IMG/VR virus record: IMGVR_UViG_3300044998_001035
Coordinates: 1 to 64,000 of that record
Strand: one strand, 5' to 3'
Length of the DNA stretch: 64,000 nucleotides
Origin: a virus
Shown here: positions 45,767 through 54,453 of the stretch, one piece after another
Layout: each line of letters begins with the position of its first letter
How positions within the stretch are numbered: the stretch's first letter is position 1
The notes under the pieces: model-generated
What the model saw: the letters and a program-made list of their open reading frames with translations, nothing else
Database searches by the model: none
Told to the model about the DNA's origin: nothing
Made by a program: the position numbers and the translations under genes

Positions 45767-46156
45767 GGGGCGTCGCGGGCGCGTGGCGCGCGAGCGCCGC
45801 GGGGGTTCGACTCCCCCGGCGTCCCCTGGGGGCGTGGGCACCCCCCCCTTCGGGCGAGAAGGTGCCAGGCAATCCGAGGGTTTCATGCACGCCTTTACGA
45901 GGATTCGCGCTCCGCCCCGATGCCCCACCCATATGGGGGGGCTCCCCTCCCTTGAAGGCGGAACTTTCCGGGCGCCGCCTCCCGCCCAGGACGTGATCGG
46001 AAGCATTCTGGGTCGCCATCGTCGGGGATCGACGCGAAAGGAGGTGGTCATGCGACGGTCGGGTTGACGGCCCGACGTGCGGGGGTGGGGAAACCGGCTC
46101 GCCGGCCCGCGGTTCGACTCCGCGGCCCCCGCATGCCCCCCCTCGCGGGGGGGGCC
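45767..46156 (+). ncRNA. Putative structured ncRNA bounded by two tRNA-like elements (45767-45826, 46079-46133)
   Basis: GGGGG-TTCGACT-CCCCC and CCGCGG-TTCGACT-CCGCGG T-arms, each closed by an acceptor-like stem. The interior has several stems and no convincing CDS. Confidence 0.6.
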
Positions 46157-46188
46157 GGACTGGACGGGCACGATCGGGAGGGGTGGCG

Positions 46189-46440
46189 ATGGACGGACGT
46201 TCTGCCGGGCCCGGCGCATACCACCGGGAATGCCTGGCGCGGGTCGTGGCGGCATACATCCGGATGCCGGCGCGAGACGACTACGCGCCAGGCTACCGCT
46301 ACCGGGCGGACCTGCCTGGCGGCGCGACGGCTTACACCGACGACTTCGGGGAGGCGTGCCGGCTCGTCCTGAACGCGGCCGGCGTCCCGCTCGGGGCGAT
46401 CCTCGGCGGCGTCGGGGAGGGGGGCGACCGATGGGCATGA
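46189..46440 (+). CDS. Hypothetical protein
   Basis: GGAGG RBS. Confidence 0.5.
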   Translation: MDGRSAGPGAYHRECLARVVAAYIRMPARDDYAPGYRYRADLPGGATAYTDDFGEACRLVLNAAGVPLGAILGGVGEGGDRWA

Positions 46441-46967
46441 GCTACGAGGACGCCGCGCGGGCCGGCATCGCCCACCTCCACCCCGCCCACCCCGGCGGCG
46501 GCCCCCCCCGCGCCGGGGGCCCGCCGCCCGAGCCCGCCGCCGCGCCGGCCCCCGCCGGGCCGCAGCGTCGCGCGACGAACGCCCTCGGCCAGAACAGGAC
46601 CGAGGCCAGGTTCGACGCGGCGCTGGCGGCGCTCCGGGCCGGCGGCGAGATCCGCGAATACTGGTTCGAGCCCGCGAAGCTCCGCCTGGCGGGGCGGACG
46701 TTCTACACGCCCGACTTCCTCGCCGTCCGGGCCGACGGCTCGCTGGCGGCGGTCGAGATCAAGGGGTTCCTGCGCGACGACGCCGCGGTGAAGGTCAAGG
46801 TCGCGGCCGACAAATACAAATTCATCGATTTCTTCCTGGCGTTCGCGGACGGCCGCGGGTGGGACGTTCGCCGCGTCACCCCGCGCGGGATCGGCCCCGC
46901 GGCGCCGCGGTGGTGGGAGGGGCCGCGGCGCGAGCCGCCCCCTGGGGTCGACGAGGGGGAGTCCTAA
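46431..46967 (+). CDS. PD-(D/E)XK endonuclease (DUF1064-like)
   Basis: NRTEARF...FEPAKLRLA..TFYTPDF...VEIKGF.RDDA.VK.K. Confidence 0.85.
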   Translation: MGMSYEDAARAGIAHLHPAHPGGGPPRAGGPPPEPAAAPAPAGPQRRATNALGQNRTEARFDAALAALRAGGEIREYWFEPAKLRLAGRTFYTPDFLAVRADGSLAAVEIKGFLRDDAAVKVKVAADKYKFIDFFLAFADGRGWDVRRVTPRGIGPAAPRWWEGPRREPPPGVDEGES

Positions 46968-46980
46968 GGGAGCTACGCCC

Positions 46981-47280
46981 GTGAAACTCAGGATCGCCAG
47001 GAAGATCATCAAGGCCGTCGGCACGTCCCGCGAGCCGGCCTACACGCAACACCAGATCGGCCGGGCGTTCGCCCGCATCGACAGAACCGCGAGCGAACGT
47101 GAGTCACGCCGCTTCGCCGCCTGGATGTCCCGCCTGTTCTGGACGGCCGCGATCCGTGGGGACGAGCGGGCCCGGGACTTCCTCCGTCGCGGTTTCGAGA
47201 GCACAGCCCGGCCCGGGGAAACGTTCGAGGATCGGCTGGCGTGGATGGAATTCAAGATGGCCAGGGAGGCCCGCCCATGA
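46981..47280 (+). CDS. Hypothetical protein
   Basis: Colinear ORF with an RBS. Confidence 0.55.
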   Translation: MKLRIARKIIKAVGTSREPAYTQHQIGRAFARIDRTASERESRRFAAWMSRLFWTAAIRGDERARDFLRRGFESTARPGETFEDRLAWMEFKMAREARP

Positions 47281-47519
47281 CCGACCCCCGCCTCGACCGC
47301 GTCGTCGGCGTCGTGACGCATCGCGGCGTGGTCTATCTGTTCACGGATGCCGGCCGCTACCGGGATTTCCTCGACGCGATCGGGAGGGACTTCGGGATGG
47401 TCGCGTGGGTCGATCGTGCCGTGATCGACCCGGATGGATGCGGAACCGCCACGCGACTGGACGGGGATGAGGAGCATTTATGGGAGACGATCGCAGACGC
47501 ATCAAAATCATCGACCTGA
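47277..47519 (+). CDS. Hypothetical protein
   Basis: ATGA overlap with the upstream gene. Confidence 0.45.
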   Translation: MTDPRLDRVVGVVTHRGVVYLFTDAGRYRDFLDAIGRDFGMVAWVDRAVIDPDGCGTATRLDGDEEHLWETIADASKSST

Positions 47520-47710
47520 ATGAACGGTGGGCTACCTGCTCGATGTGCGGGGAAGACACCCCGTCGAAGTGGGGCCTACCAATCTGTTCCGAGGACGGGA
47601 CGATCGTCGCGAACGACTACGAGGGGGAGTGGGGAGGAATCCCGGCGTGCGAGTCGTGCTGGGCCAAGCACGAGAAAGGAGCCTTCGTTGGGGAATGGCC
47701 GAAATTCTGA
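47480..47710 (+). CDS. Small Zn-finger protein
   Basis: CSMC...CESC; GAGGAG RBS. Confidence 0.55.
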   Translation: MGDDRRRIKIIDLNERWATCSMCGEDTPSKWGLPICSEDGTIVANDYEGEWGGIPACESCWAKHEKGAFVGEWPKF

Positions 47711-48431
47711 CCCCCGCCCCCTCAACCTCCGCCCCCGCGAGGCCCGCCGGCTGGCGAAGGCGGGCTCCGTGCTCGTGCTGCGGCCGGTGGAGCCCCAGCC
47801 GCCGGCCGGTTGTAGGTACGAGATCAGTGGGGCCGGCGACGCGGCGTTGTGCCTGTTCAACGACCCGGCTCGTCCTGGCGGGGTCGGTTTTTGCCCTCCG
47901 ACGCCTACCAGCGTGGACCACAGGCTTATGTCCCCCCTCGGCCCGCCCGGCTCGCGGCTGTGGGGGCGGGAGGCGTGGGGATTTGCTGTACCGCTCGACG
48001 AGCGGGAATGTTCCGATCTCGTCGATTCCGGGGAGGGATTCCGCGTCCTCTATCGCGCCGACGACCCGTCGCCATTCCTGATCGGAGAGGCGGTCGACCG
48101 CTGGCGACCCGCGACGCACATATCCCGCCACCTGTCCCGCTTCCCCGACCTGACCCATACGTCCTGCCGCGTCGTCCGCGTGTCGTCGCTGTCGGAGGGG
48201 GACGTCGCGTCGTCGGGGGCCTGCGAGTGGGCCGGCACGCTCGACGGCCGCACCTGCGACAACGCGGAGCGTGCGGCGATCCAGGCGACGAGGCGTCGCG
48301 ACCCGTCGGCCCCGTTCGTCGCTGGGCTGGGGTTCCTCGCGGCGGCCTGGGACCGCGAGAACCCACGCCACCCGTGGTCGTCCGACCCGTGGGCGTGGGT
48401 GTGTTTGGTGGAGAGGGGGGAGGGGGCATGA
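47688..48431 (+). CDS. ASCH/PUA-like phage protein
   Basis: PLGPPGSRLWGREAW...YRAD...WRPATHISR..SR...W..DPWAWV pattern. Confidence 0.7.
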   Translation: MGNGRNSDPRPLNLRPREARRLAKAGSVLVLRPVEPQPPAGCRYEISGAGDAALCLFNDPARPGGVGFCPPTPTSVDHRLMSPLGPPGSRLWGREAWGFAVPLDERECSDLVDSGEGFRVLYRADDPSPFLIGEAVDRWRPATHISRHLSRFPDLTHTSCRVVRVSSLSEGDVASSGACEWAGTLDGRTCDNAERAAIQATRRRDPSAPFVAGLGFLAAAWDRENPRHPWSSDPWAWVCLVERGEGA

Positions 48432-49459
48432 TCTACGGCTCGGTCTGCTCCGGGATCGAGGCGGCATCGGCGGCGTGGGGGCCGCTCGGGTGGAAGCCCG
48501 CGTGGTTCGCGGAGATCGACCCGTTCCCGTCGGCCGTGCTGGCGGAGCGGTTCCCTGGAGTCCAAAATCTTGGCGACTTCACGACGATCGGGGCGGACGC
48601 CGGACCAATCGACGTTCTCGTGGGGGGAACCCCTTGCCAGTCCTTCAGCGTCGCCGGACTCCGCAAGGGACTGGCTGACGACCGTGGCAACCTGGCGATC
48701 GCATTTCTTCGACTGGCTGGCCGCCTCCGCCCCCGTTGGGTGGTATGGGAAAACGTCTTTGGAGTCCTGTCATCGGGCGGAGGACGGGACCTTGGTTCCT
48801 TCCTCGGGGGCCTGGTCGAACTCGGGTATGGGTTCGCCTACCGAGTGCTGGACGCTCAGTACGTGCGAGTGGACGGGTTTGGACGGGCTGTCCCTCAGCG
48901 ACGACGGCGTGTGTTCGTTGTTGGATGTCTTGGAGACTGGCGATATCCCGCCGCGGTACTTTTTGACCGCGAAAGCCTGCACGGGCATTCTCCGCCGCTC
49001 CGGAAACCGGGGGAAGTCGCTGCCGCGTTTACTCCGAGCGGTATTGGAGGCTATCGCGAGGGATGCGGGACACTCAGGGCAGAGGGAGGCGACATTGGAG
49101 GGGGATCGAAAACGCTCGTAGCCTGCACGCTCCCGGCCAGCAACGGCGGGGCGTCGAGCGGGATGCACCCGGTCGTACCCGTGGCTTTCGGCGGCAACAA
49201 CACGTCCGGCCCGATCGACGTGGCGACGGCGGTCAACGCCCACGGCGGGCCCGACCTGCCGTGCGGCACGCTCCACCAGCAGCCGCACGTCGTCGCGTTT
49301 CAGGAGCGCGGGAGGGAGGGGGGCCGGTCGCTCGAATGGCAGGAGGACGTCTCGTATGCCCTGAGAGCGATTAGCGGCGGCGGGTGCAGCGATTGGTTCA
49401 ACGTCGCCTACCGCTGGGCCGTCCGCCGCGGGTGGGCCGAGCGGGAGCCCGCATCGTGA
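48428..49459 (+). CDS. DNA (cytosine-5) methyltransferase alpha chain, C-terminally truncated
   Basis: Motif I SVCSGIE, IV GGTPCQSFS, VI WENV, VIII PQRRRRVF. Ends AVRRGWAEREPAS without the usual LTP.ECERLQGF...GN tail. Confidence 0.85.
   Translation: MIYGSVCSGIEAASAAWGPLGWKPAWFAEIDPFPSAVLAERFPGVQNLGDFTTIGADAGPIDVLVGGTPCQSFSVAGLRKGLADDRGNLAIAFLRLAGRLRPRWVVWENVFGVLSSGGGRDLGSFLGGLVELGYGFAYRVLDAQYVRVDGFGRAVPQRRRRVFVVGCLGDWRYPAAVLFDRESLHGHSPPLRKPGEVAAAFTPSGIGGYREGCGTLRAEGGDIGGGSKTLVACTLPASNGGASSGMHPVVPVAFGGNNTSGPIDVATAVNAHGGPDLPCGTLHQQPHVVAFQERGREGGRSLEWQEDVSYALRAISGGGCSDWFNVAYRWAVRRGWAEREPAS
48570..49121 (+). CDS. Alternative-frame ORF nested in the MTase (M.EcoHK31I beta-like subunit)
   Basis: +1 frame open for 183 aa, ending CSLLDVLETGDIPPRYFLTAKACTGILRRSGNRGKSLP; local GC drop fits dual coding. 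Confidence 0.7.
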   Translation: MATSRRSGRTPDQSTFSWGEPLASPSASPDSARDWLTTVATWRSHFFDWLAASAPVGWYGKTSLESCHRAEDGTLVPSSGAWSNSGMGSPTECWTLSTCEWTGLDGLSLSDDGVCSLLDVLETGDIPPRYFLTAKACTGILRRSGNRGKSLPRLLRAVLEAIARDAGHSGQREATLEGDRKRS

Positions 49460-49662
49460 TCGCCAACCCCAGGCCCGGCCGTCGCGTGGTGCTCCGCTAC
49501 CGCCGGCGCGGCGCCCCGCTCCACGGCCGGCGGGGCGTCGTCGCGATCGTCGGCCGCGGCAGGCCCCGGAACCACGGGGTGATCGTCGAGGGTGTCGGGC
49601 TCGTGGTGGTGCCGTGCGGGCACCTGATGCCGGACGACAAACGGGAGGTCCCGAATGGGTGA
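49456..49662 (+). CDS. Small basic beta-barrel-like hypothetical protein
   Basis: GTGA overlap; PLHGRRGVV...PRNHGV...VVVPCGHL. Confidence 0.55.
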   Translation: MIANPRPGRRVVLRYRRRGAPLHGRRGVVAIVGRGRPRNHGVIVEGVGLVVVPCGHLMPDDKREVPNG

Positions 49663-50518
49663 ACAGACCAAGATCCAGTGGTGCGACCACACGTTCAACC
49701 CGTGGATCGGCTGCGCGAAGGTGTCGCCGGGGTGCGCCAACTGCTACGCCGCCGTCGACACGCCGGCCCGCGTCGCCCGCGCGCAGGGCGAGGAGCTGTG
49801 GGGCCGGCTCGCCTCGCGGCGGGTGACGTCCGACGCCAACTGGCGGAAGCCGCCCGCGTGGGACCGCGAGGCCCTGGCCGCCGGGGAACGCCGCCGCGTG
49901 TTCTGCGCCTCGCAATCCGACTGGCTCGAGGATCGCGAGGACCTGGTCGCGCCCAGGGCCCGGCTGCTGGAGCTGGTCGAGGCCACGCCGAACCTCGACT
50001 GGCTGCTGCTGACCAAGCGGCCCGAGGGCTATTACGCCCGCATGCGGGAGATCACGGGGGAGTGGCACCTGCCGGCGCACTACCCCCTTCCCAACGCCTG
50101 GATCGGCGCGTCCGTCGAGGACCAGTCCCGCGCCGACGTCCGCATCCCGGCGCTCATCGCGATCCCGGCCGCGATCCGGTTCCTGTCCGTCGAGCCGCTG
50201 CTGGGCCCGGTGGACCTCTCCCCCTGGCTCGGGCAAGACACGATCCGCTGGGTGATCGTCGGCGGCGAGAGCGGCCCCGCGGCCCGGCCGTGCAACCTCT
50301 ACTGGATCAGGGACGTGCTCGACCATTGCCGCGCCGCCGGGGTGGCGTGCTTCGTCAAGCAGCTCGGGGCGCGAATCTTCTTCGACGCGACCCGGGGCAC
50401 GCGGTACGACGACCACACGTACTACAAGTCGTCCGACACCAAGGGGGGCGACCCCGACGAGTGGCCCGGGGACCTGCGGGTGCGCGAGTTCCCGAGCGTG
50501 GCCGCCGGGCCGGCCTGA
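49655..50518 (+). CDS. DUF5131 (phage gp37/gp68, radical-SAM-like) protein
   Basis: TKIQWCDHTFNPWIGCAKVSPGCANCYA, LLTKRPE, RFLSVEPLLG, WVIVGGESG, FVKQLG. Confidence 0.93.
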   Translation: MGEQTKIQWCDHTFNPWIGCAKVSPGCANCYAAVDTPARVARAQGEELWGRLASRRVTSDANWRKPPAWDREALAAGERRRVFCASQSDWLEDREDLVAPRARLLELVEATPNLDWLLLTKRPEGYYARMREITGEWHLPAHYPLPNAWIGASVEDQSRADVRIPALIAIPAAIRFLSVEPLLGPVDLSPWLGQDTIRWVIVGGESGPAARPCNLYWIRDVLDHCRAAGVACFVKQLGARIFFDATRGTRYDDHTYYKSSDTKGGDPDEWPGDLRVREFPSVAAGPA

Positions 50519-50647
50519 CCCGTCCTTCCGCACCCCCCCCCTCCCGATTCCGCCCCGTCCCCCCTATGCGGCCCCGCCCCCCGCGTGATACCCTCGTTTC
50601 CAACCGATCTTGAGGTCGGATAGGTATCAAACGGGGATCTTCCACCG

Positions 50648-51217
50648 ATGGGCGACGTTCGCGGGCCCGCGCGTGCGGGCGGGGGGCCGGTCGAGGCGGG
50701 GCGTCGGCTGGCGGCGACGCTGGAGCCCGGGGACCTGACGCCGGAGGGGATCGCGCGGCTGCTCGCCGGCCCCGCCTGCGACGCGGCCCGGCTGGCGGCC
50801 CCGGAGATCCGGGGGCGTGCCGGGGCGGTCGCGTGGGCCGCGGCCTGGCCCGCCTGGCGAGTCCTGACGACCCGGCACGTGATGGCGATCCTGATCCGGA
50901 TCGCGGTCGAGCTGCTGCTGGCCGCGTTCGCGTTCCCGCACGCCCGGCTGATCCGTTCCGTCCTGGCGCTGCTGCGGGCAGTCCTCGCCGGCCCCGCCGT
51001 CGCCGCGACCTGGGTCGCGGCGACGGCCGCCCCGTACCCGCCCGGCGAGTCGCTGGGGGCGGCGCTCGACGCGCTGCTGGCCCGGGTCGCGGAATACCGG
51101 GCCGACCCCATGACGCGCCCCATGCTGGTCGCGGCCGAACGCCTGCTGGCCCCGGAGCCGGTCCGGGCGGACTTCTTCACCTGGCCCGTCCGGGAGGCAT
51201 TGAGCGATGACGCCTGA
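50648..51217 (+). CDS. Hydrophobic hypothetical protein
   Basis: Colinear ORF after an AT-richer gap. Confidence 0.5.
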   Translation: MGDVRGPARAGGGPVEAGRRLAATLEPGDLTPEGIARLLAGPACDAARLAAPEIRGRAGAVAWAAAWPAWRVLTTRHVMAILIRIAVELLLAAFAFPHARLIRSVLALLRAVLAGPAVAATWVAATAAPYPPGESLGAALDALLARVAEYRADPMTRPMLVAAERLLAPEPVRADFFTWPVREALSDDA

Positions 51218-51470
51218 CGAGGCGAGGGCGCTGGTCAAGGCGATCCGGGACGGGGAGTCCGCGGAGGCGACCCTGGACGCGCGGGCCCTGGACAAGATCC
51301 GGGCCGGCTACGCCGCGCGGGCGGCGCTCGGGCGCGCGATGCGGCCGGACCGGCTGTACTCGCCCGCGGCGAGCCCCCCGACGGTCTGGATGCTCGACCC
51401 GGCGACCGGCCTGGCCGCCGAGGTCCAGCCCGTCCCGTTCGAGGCCCCCGACGCGACGGGCGGGAGGTAG
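51207..51470 (+). CDS. Hypothetical protein
   Basis: GGAGG RBS. Confidence 0.55.
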   Translation: MTPDEARALVKAIRDGESAEATLDARALDKIRAGYAARAALGRAMRPDRLYSPAASPPTVWMLDPATGLAAEVQPVPFEAPDATGGR

Positions 51471-51473
51471 CCG

Positions 51474-52073
51474 ATGCCGCCGCAGACGGAGGTCCCCGGC
51501 CGGGGGTCCGGCCCCCGTCCGCCGTACTCCCCGCCCCCGTCCCCGCCCCCGTCGCCCGGCTGGGGGCGTGCCCTGGGGCGCGTCGCCGGCTACGCCGCCG
51601 TCGCGGCGCTGGCGGGCGCGCTGGCCCTGGCGGCACCCCGGCTGGGCTGCGGCGACGTCCGACCCGGCCCCGGGCCCGAGCCCAACCCCGCCCCGGCCCC
51701 GGTGGACCCGTCGGACCCGCGGGCGCAGGCCCGCGCGATGGCCTCGGAGTGGCTGGACGCCTACGCGCGCCGGCTCCGGGAGGCGTCGGCATCGATCCGG
51801 GCCGGGTCCGCGACGCCCGACGCGGCGGCGGCGGCGCTGGCGAAGGCGTGGGCGTCGGACCGGGCCGAGTCGCACCGGCTCCGGCTCGGGCCCCTGGAGG
51901 CGGCGATCCCGACCGGGGGCGTCGAGGGCGGGCCGGCCCACCGTGAGGGCTACGCCGCGTACCTGGGGCGGGTCGCGGACGGCGCCGCCGACGCCGCGGC
52001 CGGGGCCGCCTCCGGCGTCGCGCCCGCGTCGGCCCCCGCCGCACCCACGCCGCACCCGAGGGCCACGCCATGA
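51474..52073 (+). CDS. Membrane-anchored or lipoprotein-like protein with a Pro linker
   Basis: TM helix followed by LGC and PGPGPEPNP. Confidence 0.6.
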   Translation: MPPQTEVPGRGSGPRPPYSPPPSPPPSPGWGRALGRVAGYAAVAALAGALALAAPRLGCGDVRPGPGPEPNPAPAPVDPSDPRAQARAMASEWLDAYARRLREASASIRAGSATPDAAAAALAKAWASDRAESHRLRLGPLEAAIPTGGVEGGPAHREGYAAYLGRVADGAADAAAGAASGVAPASAPAAPTPHPRATP

Positions 52074-53041
52074 GCACCGGGGGATCGGCCGCGTACGACG
52101 GCGGCTACGTCCACGACCCCGAGGGGGCGGAGCGGTACGCCCGGTCCCTGCCCCACGGCGGGACGCTGGCCCGCGCCGCCCCGCACCTGCTCGGGGACGG
52201 GGAGGGTCAGGACCTGATGCCTTACTTGGCGTGGTACGAGGCCGAGATCAGGAACGGCGACGGCTCGACCTGGAAGCCGAAGGGCGTCGAGCCGCCGTAC
52301 GTCGCGCAGGTCGGGAACAACTGCACGAGCCGCGGCGACCAGGCCGTTATGGACCTGCTCCAGTGCGTCGACGCCGTGACGCGGGACGAGGGGGAGTCGG
52401 ACGAGGCGGTGCCGTACCGGACAAGCTGCGAGGCGACGTATGCATTCTCGCTGCTCACAGCCGGGATGCGCGGCGACCAGGGCTGCACCGGCCACGCCAC
52501 GGCGCGGAGCGCCGCGACGATCGGGCGGGTCGGGTATCGCGAGACGGGCCCGCCCTACGAGGAGGACCGGGGCCGGCTCCTGAGGTGGGCGAACGACCCG
52601 AGGGGCGCGACGGAGGCGCTGCGCGAGAAGGCGGCCCCGTACAGGCTGGCCGACCCCGTCCAGATCAAGACGACGGCGGAGGCGCGGGCCTGGATCGCGA
52701 ACCGGGGCCTGATCACGATCGCGTCGGGGGTCGGGTTCGAGACGCCCCGCGACGAGCGGGGGATCTGCGAGGAGCGCGGCCGCTGGATGCACCAGATGGC
52801 GCTCGTCGGGTACATCTGCTCCGACGGCGTCCCGAGCTTCGTGGTGGCGCAGTCGTGGGGGCCGAACAACCCGCGGGGCCCCCGGCCGTTCCACCTGCCC
52901 GGCTTCTGCTTCCGGGCCCGGGAATCGGTCGTGCAGAAGATTTTGGGGTGGAACGACTCGTGGGGGCACCGGGCCGGGCCGGGCTTCGAGCGCCGGCCGC
53001 TCCCGGCCCGCTGGCGCGGCGTGGACTGGTCGGGGGCGTGA
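52070..53041 (+). CDS. Papain-like (C1) cysteine peptidase
   Basis: QVGNNCTSRG (Q..C), WMHQMALVGY (H), VAQSWG. Confidence 0.75.
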   Translation: MSTGGSAAYDGGYVHDPEGAERYARSLPHGGTLARAAPHLLGDGEGQDLMPYLAWYEAEIRNGDGSTWKPKGVEPPYVAQVGNNCTSRGDQAVMDLLQCVDAVTRDEGESDEAVPYRTSCEATYAFSLLTAGMRGDQGCTGHATARSAATIGRVGYRETGPPYEEDRGRLLRWANDPRGATEALREKAAPYRLADPVQIKTTAEARAWIANRGLITIASGVGFETPRDERGICEERGRWMHQMALVGYICSDGVPSFVVAQSWGPNNPRGPRPFHLPGFCFRARESVVQKILGWNDSWGHRAGPGFERRPLPARWRGVDWSGA

Positions 53042-53053
53042 GGCTCGATCCCG

Positions 53054-53428
53054 TTGGCGATCCTCCTGGCGGCGTTGCTGGCGACGCAGTCCCCGGCCTG
53101 GCGCGGCGTGGACTGGTCCGGGCCCCCCTCCCGGCCCCCGGCCCCGGCCGCGCCCACGCCCGAGGCCCCCGGCTTCGCCCCCTCCCCGCTCCCGCCGTCC
53201 CTGGCGACGCCGGCCCCCCCGCGCCGCGAGCCGCCCCCTCCCCGTCCTCCCTCCCCCTCCCCCTCCCCCTCCCCCTCCCCGCGCCTCCCGCGTGCCGAGC
53301 CCGGCCCGCCGCCCGGCCGGCTCCGGGCGCTGGCGTCGCCGCAATCCCCCCCGTCCACGCCCCCGCGCCCGCCCCCCGCGCCCCGCCCCCTCCCCCCGGC
53401 CCTGGCCGTCCCGGGCGCGTGCCCGTGA
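53054..53428 (+). CDS. Secreted Pro-rich protein
   Basis: Signal-peptide-like N-terminus; (PS)n. Confidence 0.45.
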   Translation: MAILLAALLATQSPAWRGVDWSGPPSRPPAPAAPTPEAPGFAPSPLPPSLATPAPPRREPPPPRPPSPSPSPSPSPRLPRAEPGPPPGRLRALASPQSPPSTPPRPPPAPRPLPPALAVPGACP

Positions 53429-53608
53429 CGGCGGCGACGTCGCCTTTCCTGGCGTGACTCGATTATTACTGATCGCTATCAAACCCGGATGGAGGGTATC
53501 ATGTCCCTCGCGGCGCATTCGGCGGTCTCGGTCGGGATTCCCGCGTCGCCCGCGTCGGCGACGCCGACGGCGCGGGCCCGGCCCGCGCGACGATTGGGGG
53601 CGGACTCG

Positions 53609-54427
53609 ATGGTCGTCAAGGTCGCGGAAGTGGGGCTCGCGGCGGGGGCCGGGCTCGGGCTGTCGAGCTTCGTCCTGGCGCAGGCCGGCGGCGAGGGGCT
53701 GCCCCAGGCCGGCTCGGTCGGGGCCGCCGTCCTGATCTCGGTCGTCACGGCCGCCATCACGGCGATCGGGACGACGTTCTTCCAGCCCTGGCTCCGCACG
53801 AAGGACCTGGAGCTTCGCGTCCGGCACCTGGAGGCCCAGAACGCGGCGCTGCTGGCCAAGATCGAGGAGCAGCAGCGGTCCGAGACGACGCTGGTCGACC
53901 GCCTGGCGCGCCTCGCCGAGCAGTCCGTGCGGCTCAACGAGCGCAACCTGCGCCTCGCCCACGCGCTGCTCGCGACGACGGAGCGGATCATCCCCGGCTC
54001 GGCCGCCGTCGCGCCCCAGGACCCCTCGGCCGCCCAGGATTGCGTCGCCGGGGCCCGCGTGCTCGTGGTCGAGGACGAGGCGCGGGCGCGGGAGTCGCTG
54101 GCGCTGATGCTCGAGCGGGTCGGGTACGCGGTCCTCACCTGCGGCTCGGTCGAGGAGGCGCGGACGCTCCTGGAGGTGGAGCCGTTCGAGGCGGTCCTGC
54201 TCGACCTGTCGCTCCCGGACGGGGACGGGGTCGAGGTGCTGCGGCACGTCCGCGATCTGGGGTCGCCGGCCCGGGTGGTGGTGACGACCGGCCGCGACCC
54301 GTCCCAGCTCGGCCCCGTCCTGGCGCTCCAGCCGTTCGCGGTCTTCCGCAAGCCCGTCCACTTCGACGAGTGGCTGATCCCGTCGCTCCGCGGCGAGCGC
54401 GTGCCCTCGTCCCTGTCCCCGACCTGA
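53609..54427 (+). CDS. TM + coiled-coil + response-regulator receiver fusion
   Basis: RVLVVEDE, VLLDLSLPDGDG (phospho-Asp), VTTG, RKPV; N-terminal hydrophobic helices. Start could be 53501. Confidence 0.85.
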   Translation: MVVKVAEVGLAAGAGLGLSSFVLAQAGGEGLPQAGSVGAAVLISVVTAAITAIGTTFFQPWLRTKDLELRVRHLEAQNAALLAKIEEQQRSETTLVDRLARLAEQSVRLNERNLRLAHALLATTERIIPGSAAVAPQDPSAAQDCVAGARVLVVEDEARARESLALMLERVGYAVLTCGSVEEARTLLEVEPFEAVLLDLSLPDGDGVEVLRHVRDLGSPARVVVTTGRDPSQLGPVLALQPFAVFRKPVHFDEWLIPSLRGERVPSSLSPT

Positions 54428-54453
54428 GGCGGCCTGGCCGCCGGGGGTGCGCC

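Noticed and set aside
45827-45910. HDV-like (theta) ribozyme after the tRNA-like element
   Set aside because: I could not build P3/P1.1, and no GG follows the candidate P1 3' strand.
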